From Lama glama (lineage: Eukaryota), in NCBI GenBank assembly GCA_028534125.1, contig CM052820.1, positions 3,968,001 through 4,032,000 on the forward strand: 64,000 nucleotides of DNA. Direction: 5' to 3'. The notes below the pieces were generated by a model, which had not been told where the DNA came from, ran no database searches, and saw only the letters and a list, made by a program, of their open reading frames with translations. Positions 12,363 through 25,187 of the stretch are shown piece by piece (the stretch's first letter is position 1; every line of letters starts with the position of its first letter). The translations under genes were made by a program, and so were the position numbers.

Positions 12363-13700
12363 GGTGCTGACGCGGAAGCACAAGCTCCAGGCTCAAACCC
12401 CGGCTGCGCCTCTCACTGCCCGTGGCTTCTTCACGTCTGAGACTCAGGCCCCTGCCCGCGTGACAGGGATGACAACAGTCCCAGCTCCTGGGCGGCCCTG
12501 GGGATTAAGCCCGCCGACTCCATGCAAAGCAGGCCCCGCACAGAGGACGTGTCATCATCCCTGAAACACTGTGCCCCTGGTTTCATGCCGCTCGCTGGGC
12601 CTGAGCGTTGGCTGCCTTGCGAAGGAGCATCTGAAACTAGAATGTCTTCCTGGGAAACTGAGCAGCACCCTGCCGGCTCTGCAGGGACCGCTGCCAGAGC
12701 TTCCTGGCCGGGTCCCGGGGACGGTGGTGACAGAGCACAGAGGACAGAGGGGCGCTGTCCTGAGGCCGGCCTTGCGGAACCCACGTTCCTGAGATGGCAC
12801 CAGGACTGTGGGACGCTTTGTCTCCCGAGAGGAAAGAAACTGCTGGCAGGAGCTGCTGAAAAAGGTCAGAGCCGGTGGGAGGCACAGGGGAGGGCAGCCC
12901 GGAGGTGGCCCAGCAGAGGGGATGCCGCTGGCAGGAGGCGGGGGGCACGTCTCCCAACGTCCAAGGACCTGCCCACAAGTTGTCCCTTGTTGCTTAAGCT
13001 GAAAGCCGTGTTTTTCTTGGCGACAAAGGTCACAGACATTCTCTTCAAAATCCAGAACTTCCTTGTTGCTCAATCTCTTCATCTCAGTTTGAGAAGCCAG
13101 AAGGGGCCTGTCCCTCCCTGGACCATGAAGCACTGCTGCGGTTGGGGCCCCGGCGTCCAGGGGCCTCTGGGGTTCCCCAGGCAGACGGGCTGGATCCACA
13201 AACCGGCGGACCTCGGCAGGAAGGGCACGTGCAGGGGATGGAAACACTGAGGGTGAGGGGCTGGGGAGGGCGGAGCCACCAGCGGCCGGCTGGCCGCCAG
13301 GCAGGAAGGGCTTACCAGCTTCCATCTCAGAGTCCATCCCTTGAGAAGTTTAAAATACAGACGACCACCTCCCTCCGATGCCACTTATTTCATAACAAAG
13401 AACGCGATTACTTAATAGTTTCATTTATCCTTCCCTCTATACTGGGGGCGGGGAGGGCTCAGGGGTGTCACAACCGGCCCAGGTCGTTTTTCATTTAAGC
13501 CATATTTGGGCTTTGAACAGTCTCACTGAAGAGCATTTAAAGCTCATAACAGAAACAAAGCTTCTGTTCACTGGGTGCTGCTCCTCTGTGACACAGTCAG
13601 CAGCCACATGTTTTAAAAATGACGAATTACAAAGCTTGACGGCTAACTGCAGAAATTTTCCATGGAAGTCCTGCAAAGGACCAGTAAAGCCATGGCTGTG

Positions 13701-13757
13701 TGTGTGTGTGACAGAGACAGAAAGAGAGAGACTCTTTCTGTCTCTCTCACACACACA
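13701..13757. repeat. 26-bp inverted repeat (25/26 match) with 5-nt spacer
   Basis: tgtgtgtgtgacagagacagaaagag-agaga-ctctttctgtctctctcacacacaca. Confidence 0.9.
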
Positions 13758-14029
13758 GATACGAGAAAGGATGACTGACGGACGGACAGACTCAGCCCTG
13801 CACACAAGGCCACTCTGGCTGGCGCTGGTTGTGGCCATCAGACACACTCGGGGCTCCGGCCCCAAACGCAGCCCACCTGGCCCTCTCCTGAGGACCCACC
13901 AGAGCAAGCCCCAACTCTGGGCCCCAGGGGATGCAGGCTTCGTGTGCTTACAGGTCACACCTCTCCTCTTCCAGCCCCCGCCTCCTGCAGGTGAGGAATG
14001 ACAACCAGCAAGGCCGAAGGACCACTCAC

Positions 14030-14088
14030 CACTTTGAGCTCCGGGACTGATCGACTTAACGTCCATTCCTGGCTATTCACAAAGGCAT
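14030..14088 (-). CDS. AGAP1: AGAP1 coding exon (59 nt; [D]AFVNSQEWTLSRSVPELKV; canonical exon 2)
   Basis: Minus strand reads cctgttttacAG|atgcctttgtgaatagccaggaatggacgttaagtcgatcagtcccggagctcaaagtg|GTGAGT. The translation matches AGAP1. Phase 1 in, phase 0 out. Confidence 0.96.
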
Positions 14089-14895
14089 CTGTAAAACAGG
14101 AGGGTAAAACGAGGTGAGATGCTGTGACTTACCTAAGTGCCAGGTCAGCACACCCCAACTGTGCCGTCTGTCAAACCAGAGGGACCCACCCCCTCGCATC
14201 ACTTCCACCCGGAGGAGCTGAGACGTGCCCGGTTCACGTGGCTGTTCCGACTCCCAGTCAGCGCTCTGTCTCGGGAACCAGAATGCACGCACCCTCCAGG
14301 CCCCATCCTGTCGGGGGCATTAATACCCTTCTGAACCCGGGTGTTTGCTGAGTGTGGAGACTAGGAAGGCTCCTGGCTCTCCTGGAGCTGACCCTCCAGT
14401 CACTCAACTTCCGACTGTCTGGGTTTTTTTAAGACAGTCACTTGCCTGTAATCCACTAACAAAGATACGGTGGATGATGGTTGGATTTTGAAAATCCAAA
14501 TGTTTACAACAACATTTTATGGTTTAGAAGATTTTTTTGTCCCAGAGTTTCGATCCTCAAAAACATCTTAGACGCTGAAGATCCAGTTGGAATACTCCAG
14601 GGTGTGTCAGAAGGATGAGGGGACCCCAGACCCTGCCCAGCCAACACACTCGGGGTGGCCTCCCCTAACCAGCATCTCTGCCTCTCACCCCCAGGGGTGC
14701 AGGTGGAGATGACCTATCCAATCCAGAAGACCCAAATGACCTGGATGTCCCCCGTCCCCCACTTGCCACTTCTCACAGTGCGCCCCTGCACCACCACCCA
14801 CGTCAGGCACTTACGGGCAGACGTGACCAGCCTGACAGCTGCCCCAGCGACCACCACGCTGGGGGAGAATGCTTCTCCATCCAAAAGAGATTCGC

Positions 14896-14965
14896 TTTTT
14901 TTTTTTCCACTTTTTTAAAAACTGAAGTATAGTCAGTTTATAACGTGTCAATTTCTGATGTAAGC
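14896..14965 (-). mobile_element. Short artiodactyl L1 extreme 3' end
   Basis: ttttttaaaactgaagtatagtcagtttataacgtgtcaatttctgatgta is the reverse of the L1 tail seen at ~50050. Confidence 0.6.
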
Positions 14966-17900
14966 CAGAAAGAGATGCACTTTTTATACGTTTTCTGAAA
15001 ATTCCCAAATTCCTTCCCTCCACATTATGACCAAGAAGTCAAGTCACAAAATGCCTAAAAGTCAAGAAATGCCAGGTTTCAGACGCATGATGTTCGCATC
15101 GAATGAGTGTGGGAACCGAAGTGAGGGCCCCACCCCTGCAGTCCCACGGTGGGGGAGCGGGCACCCAGGAGGACGAGGAACGCCTCTGGAGAAGAGAGGC
15201 AGCGACAGGAAGAAGGGGTGAGCAGCCACGTGATGGACCAGACAGCGCTGGCCCTGCAAGACCGAGGCGAGGTCCACGATGCTCGGGAGGTGGGCAGGCA
15301 CGGGAGGAGGACTCCGGGGAAGGGTGGGTCGTGGACGAGGAGGAGAGGGAGGCTCTGGGCAGCTGGAGATGCTGCAAGGCTGACGGGCGCCTTGAGTAAC
15401 CTCGAAAGCTTGGGTAAAAGCTGGCAGGGACCGGTGTTCAACGGCAGACATGCTGAACCTTTGGGGACCCGAACACCAGGCTAGCGGGCAGAGTGAGAGG
15501 GCAGAGGTGCACCTGCGGGAGCTCAGGAGGAGACGTCCGCTCGCGAAACAGAATCAGGAGCAGCTTCTCCCCCCATGGAATCGAGCACGTTGGGGGCCGA
15601 ACACTGGGGGTGCACATCACTTTCTGCCCCTGAACACCCAGCCTTTGGTCAGCCAAGCACCACCCTAACATGTCAGAGACACGACCTGCAGACATAGACA
15701 GGGACGGCCCGGGCACAGGGCTGGACGCCCGGTGGGTGCTTGGCAGATGGAAGTGAACGTCACTGCCGAGCACAGGGAACAGCACGGCTCATTAGGTGGC
15801 AAAACGTGCATTTTCTGTCGGAAACTGATCCCTCAGGAAAACGGGCTCGTGGCCTCGTGGGACCTGCAGGGTGACCCCAATGGCCCAGGGAAGTAAATGA
15901 CAGCAAACCTGTCCACGCGAAATGCATGTCCCAAGGGCGTCCCCAAAAGCCAGCCTGGTGCTGTGCTTGGAACAACCCATTGCTGGTTAAGTACGCTCGG
16001 ATAATCCACGTACTGAAGGCTAAGTGGCCGAGAAAATGCTTACAGCCTCAAGACAAAGCCATCCCAAAGCTGGCGTAGGTGATACAAGTAAGTATGTGTG
16101 AGCGTGTGCGTGTGAAGTGCACATGACCTCATCCATGCTGAGAACACGTCTGGTGGGACTAAGAACTTCACAGTCGCTGACTTAGGGTTGGGAAGCCAGG
16201 TGGCTTGGGGACAAGATTTGAGGAGACTTTCTTTCCATTGCTACCTTTTGCTACCATTCCAATTTCATACCATCTGGCACATTAAAAATATTTTAAATGT
16301 AGCTTTTAATAACCTTGATAGGAAAACAAAAGAGGGTAAAGGGGGAATTAAAATGCACTCAATTCACTAATGCACTGCTTTTTAAACATATACCACCGAA
16401 AGATTATGTTTATCACAACAAATATTAACTGCTCATTATAAATTAAGCAGGGCGCCACTAAATAAAGACGTGTAATTATATAAACACTGGGACAATGTGC
16501 GCTGCCTTTTTACTTGCAAATATATCTCCTCTCAAACATAATGTGTTCATCTCTGGCAACAAAATTAATAAAATTAATGCTTGGCATAACAGAACAGATT
16601 CATAAAATTAATGCTTGACTTAAATGACCAGAAAAGCACATCTTGAATTTTAAAAGATTTACTTAAAAATGCTCATCATTCTCAAGTCAGGATGGAATGC
16701 ACGGCCTCAGGAGAGGATAAATTAAAAGTTACAAAAGATTTAGCAGATACTCCCTCGTGCTACCTCTCCACTGGGACCTTTCCGTGGGCTGGACTCAGTA
16801 AACGGGGGCTGAGAGAGGATGGCATGGCCCCTGCAGAGGAGGTCCTAGTGGGGCAAGCGGGGTGGGAACCAGCCAGCTGCGTATTTCAAGTCCCACGGGG
16901 CAGCAACACTTGAAACATAAACACCTGTGCTTTGGGGCCACACCCCCGCGAGTCTGCGTGTGTGCACACGTTGTTCTTTCTCAGAGCAGCTGGAACCCGA
17001 AGTCCTGAAGAAGCGTCTCAGTTCAGAAGAGGCCGCTCCGTGCTCCCACGGGGGGTAGAACAGTACCATAAAATGCGCTCCCATGCACCTGTGGAAGTGC
17101 TGCTTAATCTGAATTTAGAGTAAAACCCAGCCAGTGCCCCTGACTGACAGCTTCTAGCCTGTCGCGGACCGAGGCTCAGTGGGCTGTCATCACTGGGGGC
17201 CGGCGAGACCCCAGGCTGTGGGGCGCCTGCACCAAGTACCCAATACAATGCAGTTTAGGAAAAGAAGACAGTTAATCATTTCTTATCATTCACAGGGCTC
17301 CCCTTCAGGTGGCACCTTATCTTTTAAATTTAAATCACCATATTGAAAAGAGACTCTCAACAAACGCCAAGATTAGGGAGCATGAAGTAACCCGGAATGT
17401 TTATCAGGAGGAAAACCTAAACCATTCGTTTCTTTGGAACAGAAATCTGAAGGCAGTGAGAGGAAGTAAGCAGTCCTGCCAGTGACGGGCCTGAGGACAC
17501 CAGCGGGTGGTTACAGGAAGGAGCAGGAAACCGAAATTACTGGGGTGGGGGTGGGGTAGGAATTTTAAACAAATTCTCAGCCTAGTTATTCTGAGTTGAA
17601 GGCCAAAGGATCTGAAGTTGAAGGAAAAGACAGCAAGTCCCTGCCGTCAGACCGGTCCGCCCACAGGTCACACGCACGGCACACATTGCAAGTCTCAAGA
17701 AAGGGAACTCTAAATAACTCAGTGTGGATGCCGGGAGAATTCCTTCTCAGCTTAACCCTCTATTAGGATAAAGTCCAGTGATGCTCAGAGTGTGAAACGC
17801 ACCGTCCCACACATGACACGCTGCTGTCGTGATGCTGGGCGAAGAGGGAGCCGCCAGAGCCACACTTTCAAAGGGAAAGGTGCTTGCAGTTCGGACAATC

Positions 17901-19377
17901 ACCGCTGAGCCACAAGAAAAATGAAATTCACACCATCTAGGCCACTCACTTACGGTGCCCTCAGCAGTTTGCCTCTCCTTGTATTTTTTTTTTTAACCAG
18001 CAACTTTCCTTAGTTTAAATAGTCCTTTAAAACATACAAAGTAAGGGGGTGCTGAGCCTGGATCCCCCCGATGCAGTGATGAGGGAGCGCAGGTTGGGGG
18101 AGACAGAGCGTACTTACAACACAACACTATATTTATTCCTCTTGTTCCTGACACAGCTGACCACGCGGGTCCCTGAGTAATAAACACGGTTACGCATCCA
18201 GCACACAAGCAAAGACACTACTCGAGAGCCAGTTCCTGGTGCTGCCTGGCCCGGGGGAGACCCCGAAAGTGACAAGTCAGCCTCGGCTCCTGCTGATGCC
18301 AGCCAGCCCCCGCCCCAACAGCCACCTTAACAAAGGGCTCGCACTCTGGCCCGGACCCGCACGCCTGGACCCCTGCGGCGTGGTCAGCTCTCCTTAGCCT
18401 CCCAGAAACGCCTGCGCTTCCTTCCGAGTGGCCAGTGTGACTTGGGCCTTTCTCAGGAAATCTGAACATGTGATGCAGGAGAAACCCCCTCACCTGAGAC
18501 CATTAGGGCCGGGCTCCCCCCTCCTCCACCCCCAGTTGCTGCTATTTCCCACGCCCACACGCACCCCTGCACCTGCAGGGCCTCAGCAAGAAGGCAGCCC
18601 GCCACAGACGGCTCGGACAACCGGGAAATGTAAACAAAAGCCTCCGTCCAAGCTTCCGTCCACGTCTGCAGAGGGAGCGTGGACTCTGCAGCGGCCCCTA
18701 TCCCCAGCCCCGGGGCCCCCAGGCATCCTGGATCCCAGTACAATCGCATGCGTCTTGCTGTCTCTGAAGCAGACCGAACCCTCTCTCCCCAGAGGAAACA
18801 CACAGATAAATCCTCGGCGGGGCTCCGGAAAGCATCTTAAGCCCTTGCCCCCAGACAGCCCAGCGTCCCTTCCCTGTTCTTTTGAAAGAGACACAGCTAC
18901 AAAGGCTGAAGGCTTATTGCGGAGAAAAGCCCCTCTCCCCAGCAGAGAAGCTGCTTTTCTGAGCCACTGGGGCCCCTGAGGCCTTCTTTCCGGAACCTCC
19001 CCTTCCAGGGTCACCTCCGGCCCCAGCCTGCCTCCCCTCAGGGACAAGGACGAGGCACAGGACCCCAAGAAAGACAAACACCCGCCGACACGGACAGAGA
19101 GGAGAGCAGACCATCTGGGGCAGGGAGCTGCAGAGGAAACAAAACACAGGCCCAGTGACAAAGCTCAGCTGCTTATCCTCGCTCCCAGGCCCGGGAGAGC
19201 GGTGCCGCCTCCCCGCGCGGGGCCTGCTTAGAATTCGCCCTGACTGCAGACTTCCTCCATCCTCTGCCTGCTAGTAACGGAGGGACTCGGCTCCGTTTTC
19301 AAAATTATTCATATACGGAAATGCACATTAAGCAGGAAAGGTAAGGCCCTCGTTACACCACACACAAAACAGGCACT

Positions 19378-19500
19378 GGGGGGCTCAGGGGTAGAGCGCA
19401 CGCCTCGCGTGCACAAGGCCCTGGGTTCAATCCCCAGCACCGCCATTAAAAATAAGTAAGTGAATAACCTCCCCCCACCCCCAAAACAGAAAAAAAAAAA
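19378..19500 (+). mobile_element. tRNA-Ala-derived camelid SINE (vic-1 type), GC-shifted copy
   Basis: GGTAGAGCGCACGCCTCGCGTGCACAAGGCCCTGGGTTCAATCCCCAGCACC followed by AAATAAGTAAG...poly(A). Confidence 0.85.
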
Positions 19501-20779
19501 CCAGGCGCTCCAACTTGAAAGCCATGAACGTCCCCCTTTTTAACCAACCCTCTTGGACCAGAGAGAACACAATGGGGTGTGGGTGGGCGAGCGCGCAGGC
19601 CTGATTCCCAGCTGCCTGATTAGCTCTTTGCTTTCCATCCGGGATCACGGACTAATCATCTAATCCCCAAGTACAAGAACACAGGTGAAGAGACGGCCCA
19701 GCGCACAGACGAGCTCGGAGTCGCTCACTTTTACCGCAGGCCCGTCTGTCCCTCTGTGCTGCTGTGTTAGTGGTGCCATTACAGCACCGACCCTGCCGCT
19801 CTCTTTACTTGAGGTAACAAAAGCCAGAAATTCAAGTCTTAAAACTGATAGGATTTTTTGCCAAGTAGCTTAAAGAAAAAAAAAAGACTCTTGCCCGTCA
19901 GAATTCTCCTGCAACATCTCGACATTTATTTAATTGCAGGGCATAAAGATGGCTACAGACCACATTCACCTTTTGGTTCCAACAATAACCAGGAATGCTG
20001 GGTTAAGAGCAGCCACGGAAATCACCCCTTCCCTACGTCCATTTCCGCTGAGCCTGGACCACACAGGGACACCCCAACACTCAGAACAGCATCAAAGCTG
20101 TAGTTTGACTCCTTTCTTGTGCACTTCATGCTAAAAACGAGCACCGTGCAAGAACAAACACAGCAACCGACCGGCACAAAGATGACTATGAAGGATGATC
20201 TTACTGCCGTATCTGGGAGGGAGACTAAAATTACAAAAGAAGGGATGTGTTTTATTTTCTCCTTGTCCTCCTGCCTCCACCCCTCCCCTGGACACACCAA
20301 GACCCCCTCCAAAAAAACACAGAGTGGAAGACCCTTCAAGAGCATAGAAATGATCATGAATGAAAGCACGAGTCTTCTTTACAAAATGCAATCAAATCTC
20401 TGCAGTGCAGGCAAACAAGGCAATTTTTCTACCACAGTTACTCTGGTCTGGAGACAAATGATTTCAGTGATTAAAAAAAAAAAAAAAGCTTAGGAGTAAA
20501 GCCGCCCTCAGTACACTGTCTACACAAAGAGCAACAACTCCATGCGTGCCGAATGAATGAAGCACGAGAGCAAACAGAAGACAGCGCGCTTCGTGCTGAT
20601 TCACAAGTTGGAGGTGCAGGGCTGAACCTGAGACACTGATGACCATCCCCTGAGCACTGCGGTGCCCCAGGCCCACTCAATATGGCACCAGCAGCGCGAC
20701 AGCTGTCACCGCACCATGGGTCCCTTGTGAAAGGTCCCTTGGGCCAAGCCCTCCCGCCTTCCCTGTTGTGCTCCCCGCC

Positions 20780-20925
20780 CAACCTGGCCTCAGACTCACC
20801 TGGGACACTCGGCCAAACTGGCAACAGGTGAGCATCGGCAGGCTCATCCCATTAGAACCTGAGAACCTGCATTTCTCACAAGCTCCCCACGGGACTTGAC
20901 TCACTCTCCTTCAGTTCTGCAACTT
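20780..20925. mobile_element. Decayed MER5-like fragment
   Basis: cagactcacctggga...cctgagaacctgcatttctcacaagctcccca. Confidence 0.5.
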
Positions 20926-23900
20926 TGCTAAGCAGATGTTGCAAACTGCTTAGCAAAGTCCAGCGTCACGATTTCAGACCACACGTTGTGGGAGCCCCGC
21001 TTCTCCCACCTGGCCTCACCTGGCCTCAAGTCCAGGACTGCACAGGACAGGGAGACACAGAGGAGAAGCAAGAAACTTGGTGGGAGAGGCCAGGAGCTAC
21101 GGGCTGATGGTGACCTCGACCTCTTGGGTACTTCCAAGTCTGGCCGTCTCCTCACTGGTGAAACAGGAGTCTTTCCTTCCCACTCAGAGACGACGTAACC
21201 CCTCTCCTATCAAAGGCCCCCCCACCCCATGGAAGCCCTCCTACGGCCTTTGGGGGTGTGATTAAGGGGTCAGGGCTTCTAGCACCCCATGTCCTGGGTC
21301 TCACAGCCATGGGGGTGGACGCAGACTACCTGAGTTCACTGCCTTGTTGGGGCCACAAGTGACAACAGGTCACACGTGAGCCTGAAAAGCACGTGGCTCG
21401 TAAAAGCCTCATCAAGCAATCCAACTGCAGTTATCGGCTACCGTGGTTTAAGGCAAGCCAGGAAAACCAGGTAAAAGGCACTGCCAGTTAGTTTCAATCC
21501 CGAGCCAGTTCATACCACGAGGAACCATGTGGAACTGCCACGCAGGAGGTCACGAGTGGCCGAGCAGCGGCCAGTCCACGCGGTCCACACTGTGCAAGAG
21601 CGCACGGGGAAAGCTGTGCCCACGTGGCGTGAACACTAACATACGTCAGAAATTCTGCAGTTTAACATAAACTGAAAATACCTCCATCCATTCTCCCTCA
21701 GCAAAAACAACACAATCAAAGGAACAGAGCAAGCAGGCTATGATAAAGCAAGAGATCTCTCACTAGACGGACTGAGACGGCGAAGCCCCACCTCCCGGGT
21801 CCCCACCGCGGCAGCGGCGAGGACCCAGCTACCTAAGGACCAGGGAGGGCCCGCCTGGCTGTGACACAGGCTCCCGTCCCCAAGGCCGGCACAGTGTCCT
21901 TCCCTCGGGGTCTTTCCCTAGCGGCTCCCAGCACTCATCAGACAAGACAGCCAAAAACTCATCTTCAAGGATATTAAACCAGCCATCCTTTGGCTCCCGG
22001 ATTCACTCCCCAAGAGAGCTACAGAGAAGCACAGCATGCAGCCACAGCTAGCACATTAAGGTCAGTCCTCCCTCCCTCCACCCCGTTTGGATTCAGTGAC
22101 CGCAAATACAGGTTCCAGCAAACCTCCTGCAATTACATTCAAGAGTAGAAAACAGGAACCTGACATCACAGGTGAATTTTTAAAAACATCTTAGTATCTC
22201 AGGGATTGAGAAGTTTGTTTGAAACCTTACATTTCACAATGATTCTTTTTCAAGTATTATTTCTGGCCACAGAAAAGTGAAGGAGCATTTATTTTTACTT
22301 TAAAGCATTCATAACCCCAAAATATAAATGGATACAGCAAGGGGGAGCAGCAAGCACGCCCACACAGAACAGGCGCGCTGGGGGAGAGACGAGGGCTCTC
22401 GTGTGGCATCACATCTGTGCTGAGACAGGAAGCGCACGTCCTTAATAAAATAAACCCATCTCAGTGCAGCAGGAACAAGCCACACTGCACAGCGGTTGAT
22501 GCAGGATCCGCCGATGACTCTCAAATGGAGGATTCAACAGACGCCCACTGGCACGGTTTTCCATGGGCTGATTTGATTTCTTACTTGAGGATCCTTGAGT
22601 CTCTGTAATAATTGGAACAAACCACAAACTCTCGGGATCCCAGGTGCATCCTGGCTCCCCTGGAAGTTTGGGTTGCCTTCTGGTGGCCTGAAAGGTCTTC
22701 AAACCAGACAGTGTCCCACCCCGCCGCCCTCATTCCCCAATAGCATCCAACCCCTATTCACGGGGCACCCGCCAGGGCAGGGTGACATGTGCTGGACCGC
22801 CAAGATGTCCCAACCCCCTCACCGCAGACACAGCCAAACCGTTCTCAAGCATCTTCCTCCCTCTGAGCCCTGATGTGAACCAGAATCCGTCTCAACATGA
22901 CCAGACTCTAAGGGGATCCTCTCTCTCCTGAGGAGCCCCCAAGCCCCAGCTCGAGAGGACTCGCACGCTTTCATGTCCTCAGAAGAGGGAGGCCTCCCTT
23001 CCCCACGGCTTCCCCCACAGCGCTCCTACGTGCCCCACAAAGCACCTCGTTCCACACTCTCCGAGAACACCACCGCTGTGCTGGGCACGTGAAGAACACT
23101 TTCAGATTCGTGTCTGAGGATAAGGAAAGTAGTGGGTGTGCAAATTTGAGAGCAGAGAGGAAGAAAACATGTTCTCCTTCAAATACATAAGCTGATGCCC
23201 ACCTGTGGCCTGGAGCGGCGCAGAACCACCTACTGAGGACCATTCCGCACAGCCCTGGCAGGTCTGGGTTGTGTGTTTCCTTCAGAAGGATGTGTGTTTC
23301 CTTAGCTGACGCGGCTTCGGAACGTTTTATTCACAAGGAAGACAACAATCCCAAACCGGCGACCTGATTTCACCCGGTCTCTGCTGCGCTGTTCTGAATC
23401 CAGGGTGACCGTGGGCTTTGCTGCAAACGTCTTTCGAGGGCAAACTTTGGATGGCCCAGCAGGATAACCCTGCGGCCCCCTAGCCCATGTTAACCCAAGA
23501 GTCAGCACACGTGTCTACGCAGACAGACAGCAGGCCTGTCTCCACGCTGAAACCAAGGGCCTTCCCGCAGCCCCAAGGTCTGCAGAGAACCACCATCCAG
23601 GCCTCCTGCTCCCTGGGCGCTTCCGGCGAAGCATCACCTCTGGCTGCTTCCTTATTTCACAGGGCGGGGGGGAGGGGGCTCACTTCCAGTTTTGCCTCCC
23701 AAACCTGTGCAGCTTCGGAGCGAGTTTAGCCCCCATCACTGCGAGATGTCAGAGGAAAGGCAGTCCTCCCATAGCCTGGTCCCTCACTGAAGTCCATGAG
23801 CTGGAACACACACCTCTCCATGTGGTTAAAGCACCATCATTAGTTGAAAACCGTTTGGGAATTTGTGTTCTGAATTACGTTAACCCTTACAGTCACAGAA

Positions 23901-25104
23901 TGCAATGTGGACATAGCGGTACGCTTTTGGGAAGGTCATGTCATGACTCTAAAGAGTAAATTTTGGCTATGAAATGTTCCAGGGTCTCAGAAAGAAAGAC
24001 CAAGTGTGTGGAGGTGCCATGGGACCAGTGGGAATTCAAGAGGGCTGCAAAACTTTTTGGGGAAAAAAAAAGTACATTCAACTTTAAATCTATATCAGGG
24101 TCCCAAGCTACAATGTTACAGAAGGTCAGCTCCAATTTCCCACACCAAACCAACCGCTGCTGTCCAAAACCTTCTTGTTTTATATTTCAGTTTTCTACGC
24201 AAAACCACCCTCGCCAAAGACACTGCTGGGTCTGCAGCTCAGCTCAGGCCGCCCGGTGTCCCCACACCCTGGCACTGACACCTGGCGCCCTCCCACCAGA
24301 GGAAGGAAGGAAAGATACAGGGGCCAAGGAGGACACAGGCTTGAGTTTGAAGTCCCGGGACGCCTGGCCTAACCGGAGCCCTCCGCTTCCTTCCTGCAGG
24401 GGCCCAGGGACAGGGGCTGTCTGATGCCCGCATGGTCCAGGCCACCTGGGCCCGGCCTCCCTCAAGCTCCTCTCTGTTCTCCCGAGAGCTGCCCACAGGG
24501 GCTTGATAAAGACCCGCGCCAGGGTCTTAGCACAGAGGAGGGGTTCAACCTGTGCGTCATGGGGACTTACGGCTTGGGTGACAGCTTCTGTAAGTCAGAA
24601 GATTAACAAGGACTTTGAAATGAAGGCTGGTATGATTACTAATTGTTCAACAGGAACAGTGGCTGCCACACTGGGCTGCTGAAATGAAGTGTCCCTGAGA
24701 CAAAGACCCCAGGAACACAGGGAGCCGTGGCCCCATCACTAAAATGCCAGGTCATTGCCAAGGACACACAGCCTCCTGTCAGGGGCTCCTGGCACTTTTA
24801 AGCCGCAGTAAAACATTGTCATCCCTGGACAAAGTCAGAAACCTACATTTTGTAAGATTTAAAATTGTAAACAGAAAAAACAAAACAAAACAAAATAATG
24901 TGTCCTTATTTCAATACCCAATGAAACTGCAGAGTCTTTGAAAATGAAAATGTCAAAATAAAAACATTTTATGTAAAGGTCCGAGTCAGAAATGGCCAGA
25001 AAAAATAAAATCAGAGGTTAAATCCATGGCCATTTTTCTGAGACGGGGTGTAGCCGTTTTTCTTACCGAAGCTTGAGCAGGCACATACATACATTAAAAT
25101 GTAA

Positions 25105-25187
25105 TTTCAAATTGACTATACTTCCGTTAAAATAAATTAACACAATATTGTAAATCGACCATACTTCAAGTTTCTTTTTAAAAAAAG
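25105..25187 (+). mobile_element. Short artiodactyl L1 extreme 3' end (tail motif present twice)
   Basis: aattgactatacttcc...acacaatattgtaaatcgaccatacttcaa followed by an A/T run. Confidence 0.55.

Noticed and set aside
10947-13337. ORFs of 240-280 aa (10947-11792, 12522-13250, 12555-13337), and similar ones at 4520-5164 and 7692-8507
   Set aside because: No domain similarity, composition typical of GC-rich intron, overlapping ORFs on both strands, and no supporting splice structure.
13316-13339. 24-nt segment (GWTLRWKL) before a CTG|GTAAGC donor on the minus strand
   Set aside because: The acceptor is a weak AAG with a mediocre tract, and the insert would fall in the beta-strand leading into the P-loop. 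Most likely chance.
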